Assembly: GCA_051294375.1 (NCBI GenBank)
Contig: CM119264.1
Coordinates: 14,658,682 to 14,722,681 of the forward strand
Direction: 5' to 3'
DNA: 64,000 nt
Origin: Paraspadella gotoi
Taxonomy: Eukaryota; Animalia; Chaetognatha
The translations under genes and the position numbers were made by a program. Every line of letters begins with the position of its first letter. Position 1 is the first letter of the stretch. Shown one piece after another: positions 1 through 64,000 of the stretch. The notes under the pieces were generated by a model. That model was not told the origin of the DNA. It was given only the letters and a program-made list of their open reading frames with translations, and did not search any database.

Positions 1-84
1 GGCAAATCCTCATCCTAATCAACCATGAGCTAATTATTACCGGTCGAAACTCTTTCTCATTATCAATTTGAATTACGTTCTCAG

Positions 85-64000
<63,916 letters not shown>

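Overview
This is eukaryotic (invertebrate animal-like) genomic DNA with short AT-rich introns and GC/CpG-rich exons. One giant spectrin-repeat gene (nesprin-1/MSP-300-like, + strand) runs through the whole window. Its five large introns each host a different protein-coding gene: an EXD1-like DEDDy 3'-5' exonuclease (-), a FAM234-like FG-GAP/beta-propeller membrane protein (+, same strand as the host), G3BP/Rasputin (-), a cytochrome b5 gene missing from the ORF track (-), and an ABCB/P-glycoprotein transporter (-). The introns also contain a dispersed family of minimal hammerhead-ribozyme-like motifs (Penelope-type, often as inverted pairs), two miniature LTR elements (TRIM-like; one is present in one copy of a duplicated segment and absent from the other), several TIR MITEs and microsatellites. 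Region ~41.2-60.5 kb is duplicated and partly inverted, gap-ridden and indel-rich. It is most likely an assembly or amplification artefact. All gene models were spliced by eye and no database search was run.
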